Positions 40,015 through 53,098 are shown, counted from the whole stretch's first letter. The stretch is DNA of 63,188 bases, filler included, from Octopus bimaculoides (GCF_001194135.2; 5 parts of 4 records of this genome joined end to end with filler, not necessarily neighbours in it); one strand, 5' to 3'. Made by a program: numbers and translations. The notes: generated by a model from the letters alone, not told the origin.

Positions 40015-40216
40015 CCTTTTTAATATAGGCGCAAGGCCTGGATGGTTCCAAATTTCGGTACATCATTAGCAATTTTAGAAGAGCGAGTAAATCTGTTCTA
40101 TCGTCCCCAGTATTTGACTGGTATCTATATTACAAATCCGGAAAGGATGAGAGGCAAAGGTGACCTCAGCAGGATTTAAACTCAGAAAGTAAAAAGTCAG
40201 ACTAAATGCTGCTAAA
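40015..40216 (-). mobile_element. SINE family A, diverged copy
   Basis: GGCGCAAGGCC tail and GGATGAGAGGCAAAGGTGACCTC body in reverse. Confidence 0.7.
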
Positions 40217-40449
40217 CATTTCCTTTTCCCTTTTCTTTTCTTTTTTTACTCTTTTATTCTTTTTTTTTTTCTCTCTGTCTTTCTTCCCCTTTTTCTCTAT
40301 CACTTGACTTTGTAAATGGACAATTTCGTGTGCTTATTTTAATGGCCTATCAATGTATACAGTGCGCTTCTCTGCCCTAGGTGTCAGGAAGATACTCGGC
40401 AAGAAATGGAAACAATTGAAAGATGATATTGAAAATAATAATAATAATA

Positions 40450-40480
<31 letters not shown>

Positions 40481-40826
40481 GGCAATATCACTGAGCTAAA
40501 TGACATGATATATGCTGCAGCCACAAAAGAAGCAGGATACTCACTCAAACCCATCCGAACAGGAGTTCTACCACCCAAACAGACCTTGTGGATAAATAAC
40601 ATCCAGAACAAAATTTAAAAAAAGAGAAAAGATTTCTCGATTTTCAACGAAATTAGTAAACAATCAACACTACTAAGTAACAAGAAGAAAACAAAAATAC
40701 TGTACAAATACAGCATTACAGAAAAAGACTTACCTGAGGCAAAAGAAAAACTAAAGCAAGACATCCTTGCCAAAGCACAGAGGATCCGCCGGTATGAGAA
40801 ACGCCAACGTTTCTTTGAACAAAACA
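40481..40826 (+). mobile_element. R4/Dong-clade LINE ORF fragment (N-terminal of RT), truncated by gap
   Basis: NITELNDMIYAAA...LWINNIQNKI*...EKLKQDILAKAQRIRRYEKRQRFFEQN fits the R4/Dong pattern ITExNxLIYAAA...LKQxxxAKAxxxxRY...QN; one stop at 40616; begins right after (TTA)n. Confidence 0.7.
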
Positions 40827-40870
40827 NNNNNNNNNNNNNNNNNNNNNNNNNNNNNNNNNNNNNNNNNNNN

Positions 40871-40882
40871 TTAATTAATTAA
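40871..40882. other. Assembly linker TTAATTAATTAA in a 100-nt gap
   Basis: 44 N + linker + 44 N. Confidence 0.95.
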
Positions 40883-41056
40883 NNNNNNNNNNNNNNNNNN
40901 NNNNNNNNNNNNNNNNNNNNNNNNNNGACGGGGTCACTGCCTTTTCAAATAACACAAGACGGATTAACATTTTTTCCCTTTCTCAAATATACATTGGCAA
41001 TGTAAATGATCAAGCATGTGTGAATGTATTTGGGTAAAGTCTTTCACTGTGTACAA

Positions 41057-41080
41057 CCTATCTACCTATCTATTCATCTG

Positions 41081-41142
<62 letters not shown>

Positions 41143-41144
41143 CA

Positions 41145-41205
<61 letters not shown>

Positions 41206-41750
41206 GTCTGTCTGTCTGTTCTTCTGTCAGTTTGTCTTAATTTCCACTTGACTTTCCCAATACAAATGAATGTGGGAAAGTGGAAGTGAGAAAAAGTGTG
41301 TGTATGTGTGGGTGTGTGGGTGTTTGTGCGTATGTGTATGTGTGTGTGTGAGAGAGAGAGAGTATGTTTGTGTATATGTTTCTGCGTGTGTGTATGTATG
41401 TATGTGTATGTTTGTGTGTTTATATTTATATATGTATGTGGGTACGTATGTGTGAGCGTATGTGTATGTGTGGGCGGTTTGTGTGTGTGTATGCGGGCAT
41501 ACGTGTGTGTTTGTGTGTGTATATGTCTATATGTCGGTGGGTACGTATGTGTGTGCATATGTGTAGGTGTTGTGTGGGAGTAAGTGTGTGTGCGAGTATG
41601 CGGGCACACGTACGTGTTTGCGTGTGTATATGTCTATATGTAGGTGGGTGCGTATGTGTGAGCATATATATATAGGTGTATGTGTGGGCGCGCGCGCGTG
41701 TGTGCGTGTGTGTGTGCGTGTGTGTGTGTGCGTGTGTGTGGATGTGTCTT
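41057..41750. repeat. (ATCT)n array followed by long degenerate (GT/GTAT)n region
   Basis: Directly visible. Confidence 0.9.
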
Positions 41751-42371
41751 AAAGAGAAAGCGGGAGACTGAACAGATACTCGTGTTTACTCCTAGGTTAA
41801 CTCTGATCAAACACAGCCAAATCTATGAACAAAGACGTTCCAGTGTGACCATCCTATCTTTTTTTTTGTTGTATATCAAGAACCTCTTTGTCCAATGTGT
41901 TCATCCGTATTTTATTTTTTTTCATGCTTTATTTATTTTTGTCTAATGCAGTAGGTGTGATTTGAGGGAATTTGGTTGTTACTTCTAGCAGTTAAAACGA
42001 GTGCATTGACATACAGACCCGAACCCAATTCCCACCTTTAGCTGCTTTTTGGCAGACTATTTATCCTCAAAAAAAAAAAGCTAGCTCTAAAATCTCTCAA
42101 AGAGATGAACGAAGTAGTTTTACTTGCAAGTAATGTTCGTAGCTACTTCAACATGGCTGTTCCGTTCGAACGGACTTTACTGCGATTTTCTTTTTGTCCC
42201 AAGAGGACAATCAACTCTAGCTGGTTGACGATGCACACCTGCATCCGATATATTGCGAGCAGGGGAGCGAACTCCTACCACCTTCTATCGACAGGACCAG
42301 CATACCAATCTGGTCGTATGCAGCTTGATTAAGTCTATTCGTGAACACCAATCAATTCTCGTGCGACCGAT

Positions 42372-42506
42372 TTCCTCCGCAAAATAGGGATAGCGGCGGC
42401 CTGTCGGAGAAATAAACCCCGCGAGGTGGAGTGGCTACAGCAGCAAGTGTCGCTGGCCATTCTCCGCGGCAACACCATCGCGATCATTACCGCAGGGCGC
42501 AGCTGA
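42372..42506 (+). mobile_element. 3' coding end of a CRE-clade-like (restriction-like endonuclease) non-LTR retrotransposon
   Basis: FLRKIGIAAACRRNKPREVEWLQQQVSLAILRGNTIAIITAGRS* resembles the CRE C-terminal motif FLxQRxSxAIQRGNAxxI; followed by a pyrimidine-rich 3'UTR. Confidence 0.6.
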
Positions 42507-43964
42507 GCACCCCACTTGTTCTGAGATATGTGACCCATTTCCCCTCCTCTTCCATCTTCCGCTGCTTTTCTTTCCTTTTCTTTATCCCCTTTTCTTTTAC
42601 TTTCTCATCGTCTTCCGTTTCTTTGCATCTGTGTGAATCCTTCAAATTAAAAATTTTTGTGGATTAAATGCGAAAAATAGACCTGAGGGAATGTTGTCCA
42701 TTCCAATAAAGTTCAATGTTTAGTAAGGAGGGATCGGCGACAGGGGAACTGCGGCCCCAAAATAGGCACCTAGGGTATTTATTTCTCCATGAGCGCCGGG
42801 CGTTTTCTAGAAAGACAATTTCCACATTTAATGTATTTGCGAGCAATTGATAGCGTTTAGATAGTCTTTTTGTGTTAGCATTTGTTTGATTCTTGCTTTC
42901 ATAAGCTTTGCCTGTGATGGAAATGGAAGGATCCACAGGATATTATTTTTATTTATCTTTCTCTATCTTGTTTGTTTTAGTCAACCACGCAGTCAGATCG
43001 AATCTGAGACCTCGTGATTGGGAAGTGAACTATTTATGACTTTATTTGCAAAGCTAGAACGATTGTTGAGATCTTTATGGCCAACGGAGGAAGTCGAACC
43101 AATGAGGGCGTGTCTTCGCGATTTTTCGACTTGCTAGAAACACCAACCAAATCACTCCCTGCCGACTTTTTTTTAAAAGAGGTTAGGATATTGAACAACA
43201 ACAACAACAACAACAACAACAATAACAACTTCAACAACAGCAGCAGCAAAAACAACAACAACTTGAACATCTGTAGGTTGACGTATGCGTGAAAGAATGT
43301 GGGAGAGGATCTGTACTGGTAAGGAATGACCCGTCTAACTCTTTACACATAGTACAGGTTCGGTCACGTGTGTCTAAGCGCTCTCACGCACGTTTGAGTG
43401 ATTTATGCGTACATGTGAATGTAAGTGTATGTGTATGTGTATATGTGCGTGTGTATGTGTGTGTGTGTGTGTGTGTGTTTGCGAGATTAAGAAAGAAAAA
43501 AAGAAAGAAAGAAAGAAAGAAGGAAAGAAAGAAGGAAGGAAAGAAAGAAAGAAAGAAGGAAGTTGTAAACACGGCCCCCCCGATCCCTCATTGACTAACT
43601 CCAAGGAAACTGATAGTGGTTTGCGACTGCAAAAATTATACCAGACGAAAGTTCAGCTCTGAAACATTGGATTCGCCTTTTTACGCCACGACATACGAAC
43701 CTATCTAAACTTATGAATCTCAACATAAATGTGTGAATACATGCACTTGTATTTCTATTAATACATATTTAGTCGATCATATCGATTCGCCAGTGCTTAT
43801 TCTATCGATCTCTGTTTATTACGAGATACAACTGAAAACACAACATCGATTTAAACGGGAATAAACGTAACAGGAAATACACACATAAATGCGCGCGCGG
43901 GGAGTACGTGTATGTTTTGTTGTGTCTCGTAATAAACATATCGATTAAATAGGTGTATATATAT

Positions 43965-44019
<55 letters not shown>

Positions 44020-44063
44020 NNNNNNNNNNNNNNNNNNNNNNNNNNNNNNNNNNNNNNNNNNNN

Positions 44064-44075
44064 TTAATTAATTAA
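44064..44075. other. Assembly linker TTAATTAATTAA in a 100-nt gap
   Basis: 44 N + linker + 44 N. Confidence 0.95.
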
Positions 44076-44170
44076 NNNNNNNNNNNNNNNNNNNNNNNNN
44101 NNNNNNNNNNNNNNNNNNNAATAAAGAATTTTGACATGTACGAATATTTATTTCCCCCCACTGTATTATA

Positions 44171-44345
44171 AAGGTAGCAAGCTGGCATTTGTGACATTTC
44201 CTCCAGCTCTTAACATTCTGAGTTCAAATTCCACTGAGGTCGGCTTTGTCTTTCATCCATTTGGGACCGATAAAGTGATGTACCAGTCATGTACTGATGT
44301 AACTGATACCTCTTCCTCCCCTTATATATTACTGATCTTGTGCAA
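44171..44345 (+). mobile_element. SINE family A, diverged copy
   Basis: GCAAGCTGGCA head and CTGAGTTCAAATTCCACTGAGGTCGGCTTTGTCTTTCATCC body. Confidence 0.75.
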
Positions 44346-45199
44346 AAGTTTGCAAGAATTATTATTAATTGTGGGTCAGAAGATATGCTGACTTTCAGCT
44401 CCAAAAGGTCTTGTCAGAGTTTTTGCTATTTTTTTACTACTTTTTTAAGATGCTTTTTGCTTAATTTTTCTTGACCTTTGGGAAGCAGAGCCTAGCAACT
44501 ACTTATGAGTGTAGTTTTATGTAACAACACTTCAAAAAAGGGTCTTGAATGTGTTCATTTTTCCTTCATTACCAAATGTAAATTTTCTTTGATGAAAACA
44601 AGATGGAGTAAAATAAACCAATAATACTATTCAACAAAACAATGCAAGAAAAAAGAGGAATGAACCACCAAGTGTAGCAGAGAAAGTGAAAGTGGGATTC
44701 TCTTTAGAATGTTTGGCTAGCATCCAAGTTGCTACATTTGAAAATGACAGGAATGTTGTCATGGCAATAAAAACACAAAATACACAATCTGAAAATAGTA
44801 TCAAGGGCAACAACAATTACAATAACAAGGTCAAAAACAACAGCACCGAACTGGAGAAACAAAAAGAAAAAAAAAGAAAGAAAGAATGTGGTTAATAACA
44901 GCAGCAAGTGTAACAATAGTAATTTCCAGGCTTGTTGACATCAACAACAACAACATGCACTGCCTTGCCAGACATTACTTCTGTCATATTATATTCAGTG
45001 TGGCTTCTGGAAACATCACCAGCAGCGTGTTTCCAGCAAAGCAGCTCTAAAAGTGTTGTCTTGGCAGGAGTGACAGGGTTCTGTGAGCAAGTTTCCATGA
45101 GAGACAATCACAGGAACCTGAATTAAGGCAGAAAAATTCCTCAAGGGACAAAACAAGAAAGTTCTGTTAGCAATTCTTTCATAATTAATGGAAACAACT

Positions 45200-45900
45200 A
45201 CCAGAACAATGATTATATACAGGTATGTCCCCCATTAAAAACTGATGGGTTTTTAATACCTCACTCATCCAAGTGGGAAAATATTCGAAGGCATATACAG
45301 TGACACACAGTTCATAACTTGGAACAAGGCAGTCTGGCTTTGTGGAAGTAAGGTACCTCACAGAAACCCTGGCTCAGAAATACTCAGTTGTCTTTTGCAA
45401 ATCTGAGAATCTATTGCTCCATCACATGTAACGTGGCTGGTATGTGGTAAAAAAGGTAGACTATCAGAAATACCATTAGAATTAGACATCTTGTGGGTGA
45501 TGACCTGCATGATAATAGAAAGTTCAGACCCCCTGCTCAGGTTGGTAATCTTGATCCAGGTTTCCTTTGATCAAGCAGAAACCCGGGAAAAATTCTGACC
45601 TTATTGAATCGTTGAATGGGGCATAACTGCAGGTTATGATGGAAGGCAGAAGCCCTTCAATTTACAATTGCAGGAACAACACCTACTTGGAGCCCCTCTG
45701 CTCCCAACAGCAAAACGGTGCAGGAAGAGGCCCATGTTGACACCCACATCATGACTACAGCAACAACTAAACTGTCAACAACTACAACAACAGTAAGAGC
45801 AGCAGCAAAGATCAATTCTAACAACAACCACTGCAACAGCAACTTCACCACCACCATTACATGCAGAGGGGGACTCTCACTCATCCACATATTTACCAAT
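45200..45900 (+). mobile_element. Possible decayed ORF1 of the downstream Tx1-like LINE
   Basis: Coding-like patches (RLSEIPLELDILWVM) upstream of and co-oriented with ORF2; no diagnostic motif confirmed. Confidence 0.3.
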
Positions 45901-46601
45901 ATGAGAAACAGTGATGCTTAGGCACACGCTTATTCATCGAACACTTCCTCTTGTGTCTTGGTGGCTTCAGATGCTGCATTGTTTTGACAAGAATGAAACA
46001 ATGAAGCATCATAAAGGATGTGTCAGGATGAAGAGGAAAAGCATCTGAGAGAAAGGCCACACTAAGTTATAAACCAAAAGGCAAGAAAGACGAACAAAAT
46101 CTGGTCTCCAAACCATCCATCAACATCAACACTAAAACCCCAGCAGCAACAACATAAGCAACACTCATAAATACATCCAAAATTAGAATGGAAAGCATGG
46201 GGGAACAAAAATAGACAAAAAGAAGGATGAATTACAACAAAAACAAATAAACAAATAGCGAATTTTACAAGTTGAACCCGTCATCAATTTCCCAATCATT
46301 TGAAAGATGAGCAGTGATTTGATGCAGGAAGTCACAGAAAGCAAAACTATTCTCACTAAAGAGGAGGGGGTTTAATGAACTTGTGTCTAAAACTCACAAA
46401 ATCAGACAATTCAAATTTATGCAACCACTTGTGTAGACCTTAAAAAATATCCCACAGTCATTGGGTTTTTAAGAAAGGAAAAAGGACAAAATAACCTTGG
46501 AAAAGCTTTTCACTATTTCTTCAACCATTAAGAAAATGGGATCTTTGGCTCTTCTTCAAGACCAAGGTGAGTGATATCTCCACTCATCTTTTCTGACAGA
46601 T

Positions 46602-49130
46602 ATGGTTACTCTTAGAGTAGGCTGTATAAATGTACATGGCCTAGGGACTGATTTGGAAACTAGGTCACTTGTTCAAAGACCTCAAGTCATTAGACATATA
46701 GTAGCCATTAGCAAGACCAACATCTCTGGAGCACACACACTTGGTTCTATTTCTGATGAATACAAGGCATTCTCATTGGATTAGAGAATTAGTTAAGTGG
46801 TACTTATCAGGGACAATCATCAACATCTGGTGGTGGGGCATCATGAAGACAGCAGTGAGATCAGAAGTGATAGCATTTAGCTATGAGATAGCAAGAGATA
46901 AGAATAGATTAGAAGGGGAGTTAGTTAACAATCTAGAGGAAGCAGTTTGTAAAGGCATTCCAACTGATGTGCTCATGTAGACTATGAAAGCTGCCTTGTT
47001 AGAAGTAGGGGCCCATGTTCTAAAACAGTAGGGAACAAACACTGTCCCATGGGGATAGTAGTGGAAATTAGTGCTTACCTCAAGAGCCTGCAGTTGAAAT
47101 ATAGAAGGTGATGAACGACTGCTCATGATGCAAACTGTCCAGTTTAGATGATCTGCTCTTGGAGTTTTATGAATTCATACCAGACTTGTTTGATGGCCTC
47201 ATGACTGATGTTTATGGTAGCAGGCAGTTGAATGTGAGAATCCTTAGTGCTGTGAATCAGAGAGGAGCAAAGCTATTGAAAAAGGACCCTGACAAGGGCA
47301 ACATCATGGTCAACTTTTGGCTCTTAACTTTTCTGAACATAAAATTTAAGATTTTGGCAAAAGTATCAGTGAAAAGGTTGGTGCTTGTCATTGTTGATCT
47401 GGTCAGGGAAGTGCAAACATGCTAGATCCATTAATGAATTCCACATCATGCAATTCATCTTCAGAGATTGTTGGGAATAAAACTGGCTTCAGTGGGTCCC
47501 AGATCAATTTTGATCAGTTGAAAGCTTTTGATAGTCAACATTCATTTCTTGGAAAGCATCTTGAAAGTGGTTGGGATCTGAACCCAGTTTCAGATGCTGA
47601 ATTGCTGCAGTGCACTGCAGCACCTCAAAGTAAACAGCATTGCACAATGGATTTGACATGATTTCCCCCTCTTCTGTCCTTGCTGGCTATCAATCCACTG
47701 CTGTGGAATATGAAATGGTTGGAAGGTATCTTTTTTGAACTAGGACCCAAGAAGACTTCACCATCATTGTGTTGAGTGCCACTGAAGACAAGGCAGTTGG
47801 CACCATTCTAAAGAAATACAAGACAATGGCTAAGATTAAAATTAATGTAGACAAGTCAATAAGTTTGCAGCTTGTCACCTGACGTAGCAGGTTGATGCCA
47901 GCAGGCAGCATTGTGACACTCTGGACAGACAGACAAATTAAACTGCTTGGGGTCTGGTTTGGTCCCAGTTGCTGGGTAGACCTAAATTGGAATGAAGTAA
48001 CAAGCAACCTGGCCAGAAATAGATCAAGAGGGAGCTATTTGTGAAAGCTCAGGCAGAGATGGAAAATGCTCACATCACTTCCATTGCCTGACCATTGTAC
48101 ATTTACTCCAGTTATCCTCTGATTATATGAGTGCACCTAAATTTCTGTTTCTTGCGGAAGAGATGTGATCTTCAGGTCAGGTAATCTATCTGCTGCCCAC
48201 ATCCTTTGCATGATGGGTCAGTCTTTCTTTGGTTGCTGATGCGTGATCCTATGCTCAGGCTGTATTACTAGCAGACATTCCTTGATAGAACTGCAGTCCT
48301 GTGTGAAGCTTAGGCTGAGACTGAGTGCCTGGTATCTAGAAGCAGTCTGTAGAAGGTTAGTGGCAAGGAAGAGTGACAATGTTTTGGGGGAAGTTTTGAG
48401 CATCGGTGGCTAGTCTGTTCTTGAGGATTACTGTGGATTAATTTCCAGCAGTCTTTGGCTTGGCAGTGTTACCATTAGATGCTACTGGTTTGGGATAAGC
48501 TGTACAGGAATGGAAGGGCTTTTCAGACAGGTTTCTATCCAACCTGTGCACAAGCAATGAACACCTTTCTGCATTCATTCAGTGTCTGTACATTATTAAA
48601 TTGTGGAGTTGCAGTTGAATTGCTGCCTTTGCATGTGGCACAGATCCTACCGTCCACCAAGTTGATCACCAAGATTGTCCCATCACTTTTGTTTAATCAG
48701 GCAAGGAAATGAGTTTTCCTCTCATTGCTCCAACAAAAGTTATATGGTGGATGAGGTTGAAAGACTTGAGGACATAAACTTTGCTTTTTGGTAGGGCCCT
48801 AAGTGACTTCAAGTTTCATTTGAAAAGGATGATGAGGGTGAAAATGGTGGTGCTGTCCTCAAGGGAACTTATTAAAAGGTGGGTGAGTTGCAAAAATTCA
48901 GAGAAGGTGCTTGCCTTTGGTTTTCAGAATGATCTTGGATCTGATGGTGGTGTGGGGCTTGATTGGCCCTAGGGAGAGGTCCACCTATTTTGGACTGCAC
49001 CATCATGTTCTATTATTATTTGTATACCATAAATACTCACATATCTTTTATATTCCTCATTCAACTTGTGTATGCCTTTGTCAGAAGAGTGAGAGAGGGA
49101 ATCCAACAGTTGTGAACTTGTGATATATAA
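46602..49130 (+). mobile_element. Heavily decayed Tx1/L1-clade ORF2 (APE endonuclease, RT, C-terminus)
   Basis: In order: LRVGCINVHGL; LLKKDPDKGNI..NFWLLTFLNIKFKILAK..KRL; FDQLKAFD; EDFTIIV; KINVDKS; IKLLGVWFG; FKFHLKRMMRV...KRW; many stops and frameshifts. Confidence 0.85.
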
Positions 49131-50037
49131 GAGTGTTGGTGATTGAACCTTGCCAAGTGAAAACAGTCTGTGTGTGCATGTTCAACAGCAACACCCTCTC
49201 TTTGACATGCTTGAACAGTACTCCAGTAGGAGCCATGCTTAAGCTTTCGTGTAACTAATTGGAACTGAAATAATTTTTGGCCTTAAAGTAAATTCTTAAT
49301 TAGTCAGTGTGCTGCATTTTTGTCCATGTTGTATTTATGGAATTACTTGGAGAACTCATCAGATTTTGAGACATAGTATTTGTTGTTTCATTTTGAACAT
49401 TTTATTTTGTGTTTTTTTCATGACTAGAGATGATGTGGTACAAATCGTCTTTTTTTCCTGTTCCACTTCAAATTTGATTGAGCTAATCTATGATCAAAGT
49501 CCTTCAGATCATGACCGTTTTTGTCTTCTTTTCAGGAATAATATACCTTGGATTATATTATCCAATGTGTCCTTTTTTTATGACAGTAGATGTTTTCAAG
49601 GGTGGGAGGCCCATTGTGATTACCATGAAAGTAAGTCTCCAATAGATCTGGTTCTGTAAAAAATTATAGTGGCTGTCACTGACAGAGGAGCATCAAGATG
49701 ATGGAGGTGAACAACTGCTTTTTCACTTTTGAGATGTTGGTAGTCAGAGCAATAAGTTGGTAGTTAGCAGGGTCAGAGAGGTTGCCCATGCAGCAGGTTT
49801 CCAAAAATTGGGATAAATTCCTGTAGAGAGAGAAATGAAGAAAGATTGAAGAGATTGTTAAGAATGGAAGTTGGATCTTAAGTTTCAGGAGAAAAATCTG
49901 AAGAGCTTTTGCAGGTAGAAACTGTGAACGTGGTAGTAAAATTTTGGACAGGATATTGTTTAGAGCATGCAAATATAAATTTGGAGTTAGGGGAAGCTGA
50001 TGATAAATGTGACAGCTTTTTCAGTGAGAGTGATAGG

Positions 50038-50180
50038 TGCTGGCATATCTGTGTGGTAAGAAGTTTGCTTCCCAACCATATGGTTTGGGGTTCAGTCCCA
50101 CTGCATGGCACCCTGAGCAAGTGTCTTTCTACTATATCTCCATGCTGACCAAATCCTTATGTGTGGACTTGGTAGACAAA
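50038..50180 (+). mobile_element. SINE family D copy nested in the LINE
   Basis: TGTGTGGTAAGAAGTTTGCTTCCCAACCATATGGTTTGGGGTTCAGTCCCACTGC. Confidence 0.8.
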
Positions 50181-50559
50181 AAATGAACTAGTACTCAGCT
50201 GGTTATGATGACAATGGTTCCAGTTGTTCCGATCAATGGAACAGCTTGCTTGAATACTGCACAGGCATGTGTATCCTTCACATAGTTCTCAGGGAGATTC
50301 AGTATATGACATGGCTGACCCTTTGAATCACAAGTACTACTTATTTTTGCCAGCTGATGGGGGTTGAAGCTACGTGAAATAAAGCATTTTGCTCAAGGAC
50401 ACAATTCCTGACAGCCCATTGTGTGCTATCTGAAATTGAACTCATGATCTTACAATTGTGAGCTGAATACCCTAACCATTAAGCCACACACCTTCAGAAC
50501 AGAGAGTGAAAGAATCCTGTTGTGTGTGTGTTACTGCCTCCTAGCCCTGACATTGTATG

Positions 50560-50791
50560 ATATTTGTATGACACTGAGACATTAAATAAAGGTCACTGTC
50601 ATACAAGCAGTGTCCTTTCTTTCCAGTCTTCCATGAAAAACATGTCTAGCTTTGGGGGAAATATTACCTTACTTGGAAATAGGTGAGGGTTGGCAACAGG
50701 GAGGGCATCCAGCCATAGAAAATCCACCTCAACAAATTTTGTTCAACCCATGCAAGTATGGAAAAGTGGATGTTAAGATGATGATGATGAT
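50560..50791 (+). mobile_element. SINE-like element with RTE-type 3' tail ending in (GAT)n
   Basis: GGCAACAGGGAGGGCATCCAGCCATAGAAA...CAACCCATGCAAGTATGGAAAAGTGGATGTTAA(GAT)n resembles RTE 3' ends. Confidence 0.6.
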
Positions 50792-52089
50792 AAGTGTTAC
50801 CAACAAAAACATTTTGGTTGTGAAGGGGTGGGTTGGATTGTTCTGCAAAGATTAGGAAGAAATAGAGAATTCTGATGCACATTTATGAGGCAAGTTTGCA
50901 GGATGGATGTTGTGTTAAGTATACTCTTTCTGTCTCTGGTGGTAGTCTTATGAAACTGAAACACATTTGCTGCCTGAGGAAGTTGGCATAGAATTAATTA
51001 GCTGATTTGAAATACCTAAGGATTTGAGATGATGTGCTTTGCCTTAACTAATTAGTAATTAGATGATCTACTGGATGCACGAATGGTAAAGGCTGAGTAA
51101 GAATGGGATTGGATGTGAGGAAGACATCAAGAGTAATTGATGTATCGATGTGTCCCATAGAATATGAGCGTCAGTGGGTGCTAATTGTTGGGAGTAGTAA
51201 ATGATTAGGTTTCTGTCATTTTTGGAAGAAAAGTGTGCCAGCCTTAGGCTAGTTGTTTAAATGAAAGAGTTTCTGCTTTATTGACGATGATGATGATGAT
51301 GTCTTCCAAGAGAGGAGAAGTGACATGAATGTATTTAATAGGAGATGAGAGGTAATCAAACAGCTGGTGATGTTTGAAGAAGTTTGAGGATTGGTAGAGA
51401 TAACTCAAGAGGAATAGTGAAGAGAGACTTTTCACTAGTATTACTGACATTTAGCTAAGTAGTAAGCAGGGCCGATAGATTAGGTGATACTTATTTTGAG
51501 TCTGAATTAGGAAAAGAATTTAGGATTTGAATGTGAGTTGACGGGGTCTGGATGTTGGCATAAAGCAAGGAAAATTGTCCAGAAGCTTGTTTATATTCTG
51601 CTTCATGTTATTTTCATGTATTTTTTATAAGGCATAAGGAAGAACTGACCCTAATACAGAAGTTTCTGCGAACTACTGCATTAATTTCTGTAATATTTCT
51701 GTACTTGCTAGAGTATGTTATAAATTAGAAAAGGAAGATACAGCATAACACAAGCTGATGAGCAGCCTTCCAAGGCATTACCTACTGGCAAGGATAAAGT
51801 TTTTGTCCTATCTGGCAGGGGGCTCCCTAGGGAATTTTTTCACCTGTATCTTTTAGCAAATAGTGATATTATGCAGTGGAAAAACCCCATTGAAAATACT
51901 TGAGAGATTGCACCTGATTGCATCTTGCCCAATGCATCTAAAGACCACATGGTAGTGTTAAACCAGGCAAGTCTGTTAGGCCTACCACTTAGGAAATGAA
52001 TACCAAAGCGTATTATTGTCATACCTTTGAGAGAGAGAGAGAGAGNNNNNNNNNNNNNNNNNNNNNNNNNNNNNNNNNNNNNNNNNNNN

Positions 52090-52101
52090 TTAATTAATTA
52101 A
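52090..52101. other. Assembly linker TTAATTAATTAA in a 100-nt gap
   Basis: 44 N + linker + 44 N. Confidence 0.95.
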
Positions 52102-52388
52102 NNNNNNNNNNNNNNNNNNNNNNNNNNNNNNNNNNNNNNNNNNNNATAGTGCTCATGGGAACTGCCCATATCCTACGTAAAATACTGTCTATGTGATCTC
52201 AAATTTTAAAGCAAGCACATAATTTTCTTATGGTTTCTTAAACATTCACTAGAACAAAACTGTACAAATCCAAATATATGGTACCCTAGGCATAACATCT
52301 ACATGAACTTCTAACTTGTTGTCTCTTGAGGTCTCTGGGTGAGACTTGGATCCAACTTGTACAAATGCAAAACAAAAGTCAAACATAA

Positions 52389-52453
<65 letters not shown>

Positions 52454-52471
52454 CAACAATAATAATAATAA

Positions 52472-53004
52472 AGGCAGTGGCTCTCGTGGCTTTTAATCTT
52501 AATTGATTGGAAGTGGCATTATGTACATTGTTTTGTCTTGGTATAAAAGATGGGCTACAGCAAATATTCTACTCAATACCACAGATTTGCTTGTCAGTTG
52601 TTTGATCATAACCATTTGAGCATGTTCCTTAGTGGATGACAATATGTGCATGTCTGATCACAAGCAGAAGTAGTGGGGAGCATCATAGCCATGTGTTGAG
52701 AGGAATTCTTTGGGGTTTGAATAATTCACCTTTGGAAACATGGGTGTTTTGCTCAACATCCTTAAACCTTATTCAGGGACCTTTTGAGTAGGATGGGCTA
52801 CTCGACCTGAAGAAAATACTAACTGGGCCCCACCTGCAAGGTCATGCGCTGTTTGTCTTGATATGAGATCACCATGTCGCGCACATATGCTTGTGATGCA
52901 TGTGCCTGGTGTACCTTTATCAGACGGGTAGTCATGATGGGTGTACTGGTCTTCGTATATTTTACCCCAGTGTCACTTTGATGGCATGTAGTGCTCTTTC
53001 ACTC
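52472..53004. mobile_element. ~530-bp complex non-coding segment inserted in an (AAT)n array
   Basis: Complex sequence bracketed by same-orientation (AAT)n at 52388..52470 and 53005..53098; no credible ORF. Confidence 0.55.

Positions 53005-53098
<94 letters not shown>

Larger units (their letters stand above)
49300..51750 (-). mobile_element. Decayed CR1/Zenon-like LINE (endonuclease and RT start) interrupted by SINEs
   Basis: Minus strand: LYQSSN...LFDYLSS.I...EDIII and LDVFLTSNP (endonuclease); GNLSDPANYQLIALTTNISKV and RSIGDLL (RT start). Confidence 0.65.

Noticed and set aside
40381-40430. HMG-box-like peptide RKILGKKWKQLKDD after an AG
   Set aside because: Only about 16 residues, no donor, runs directly into a microsatellite.
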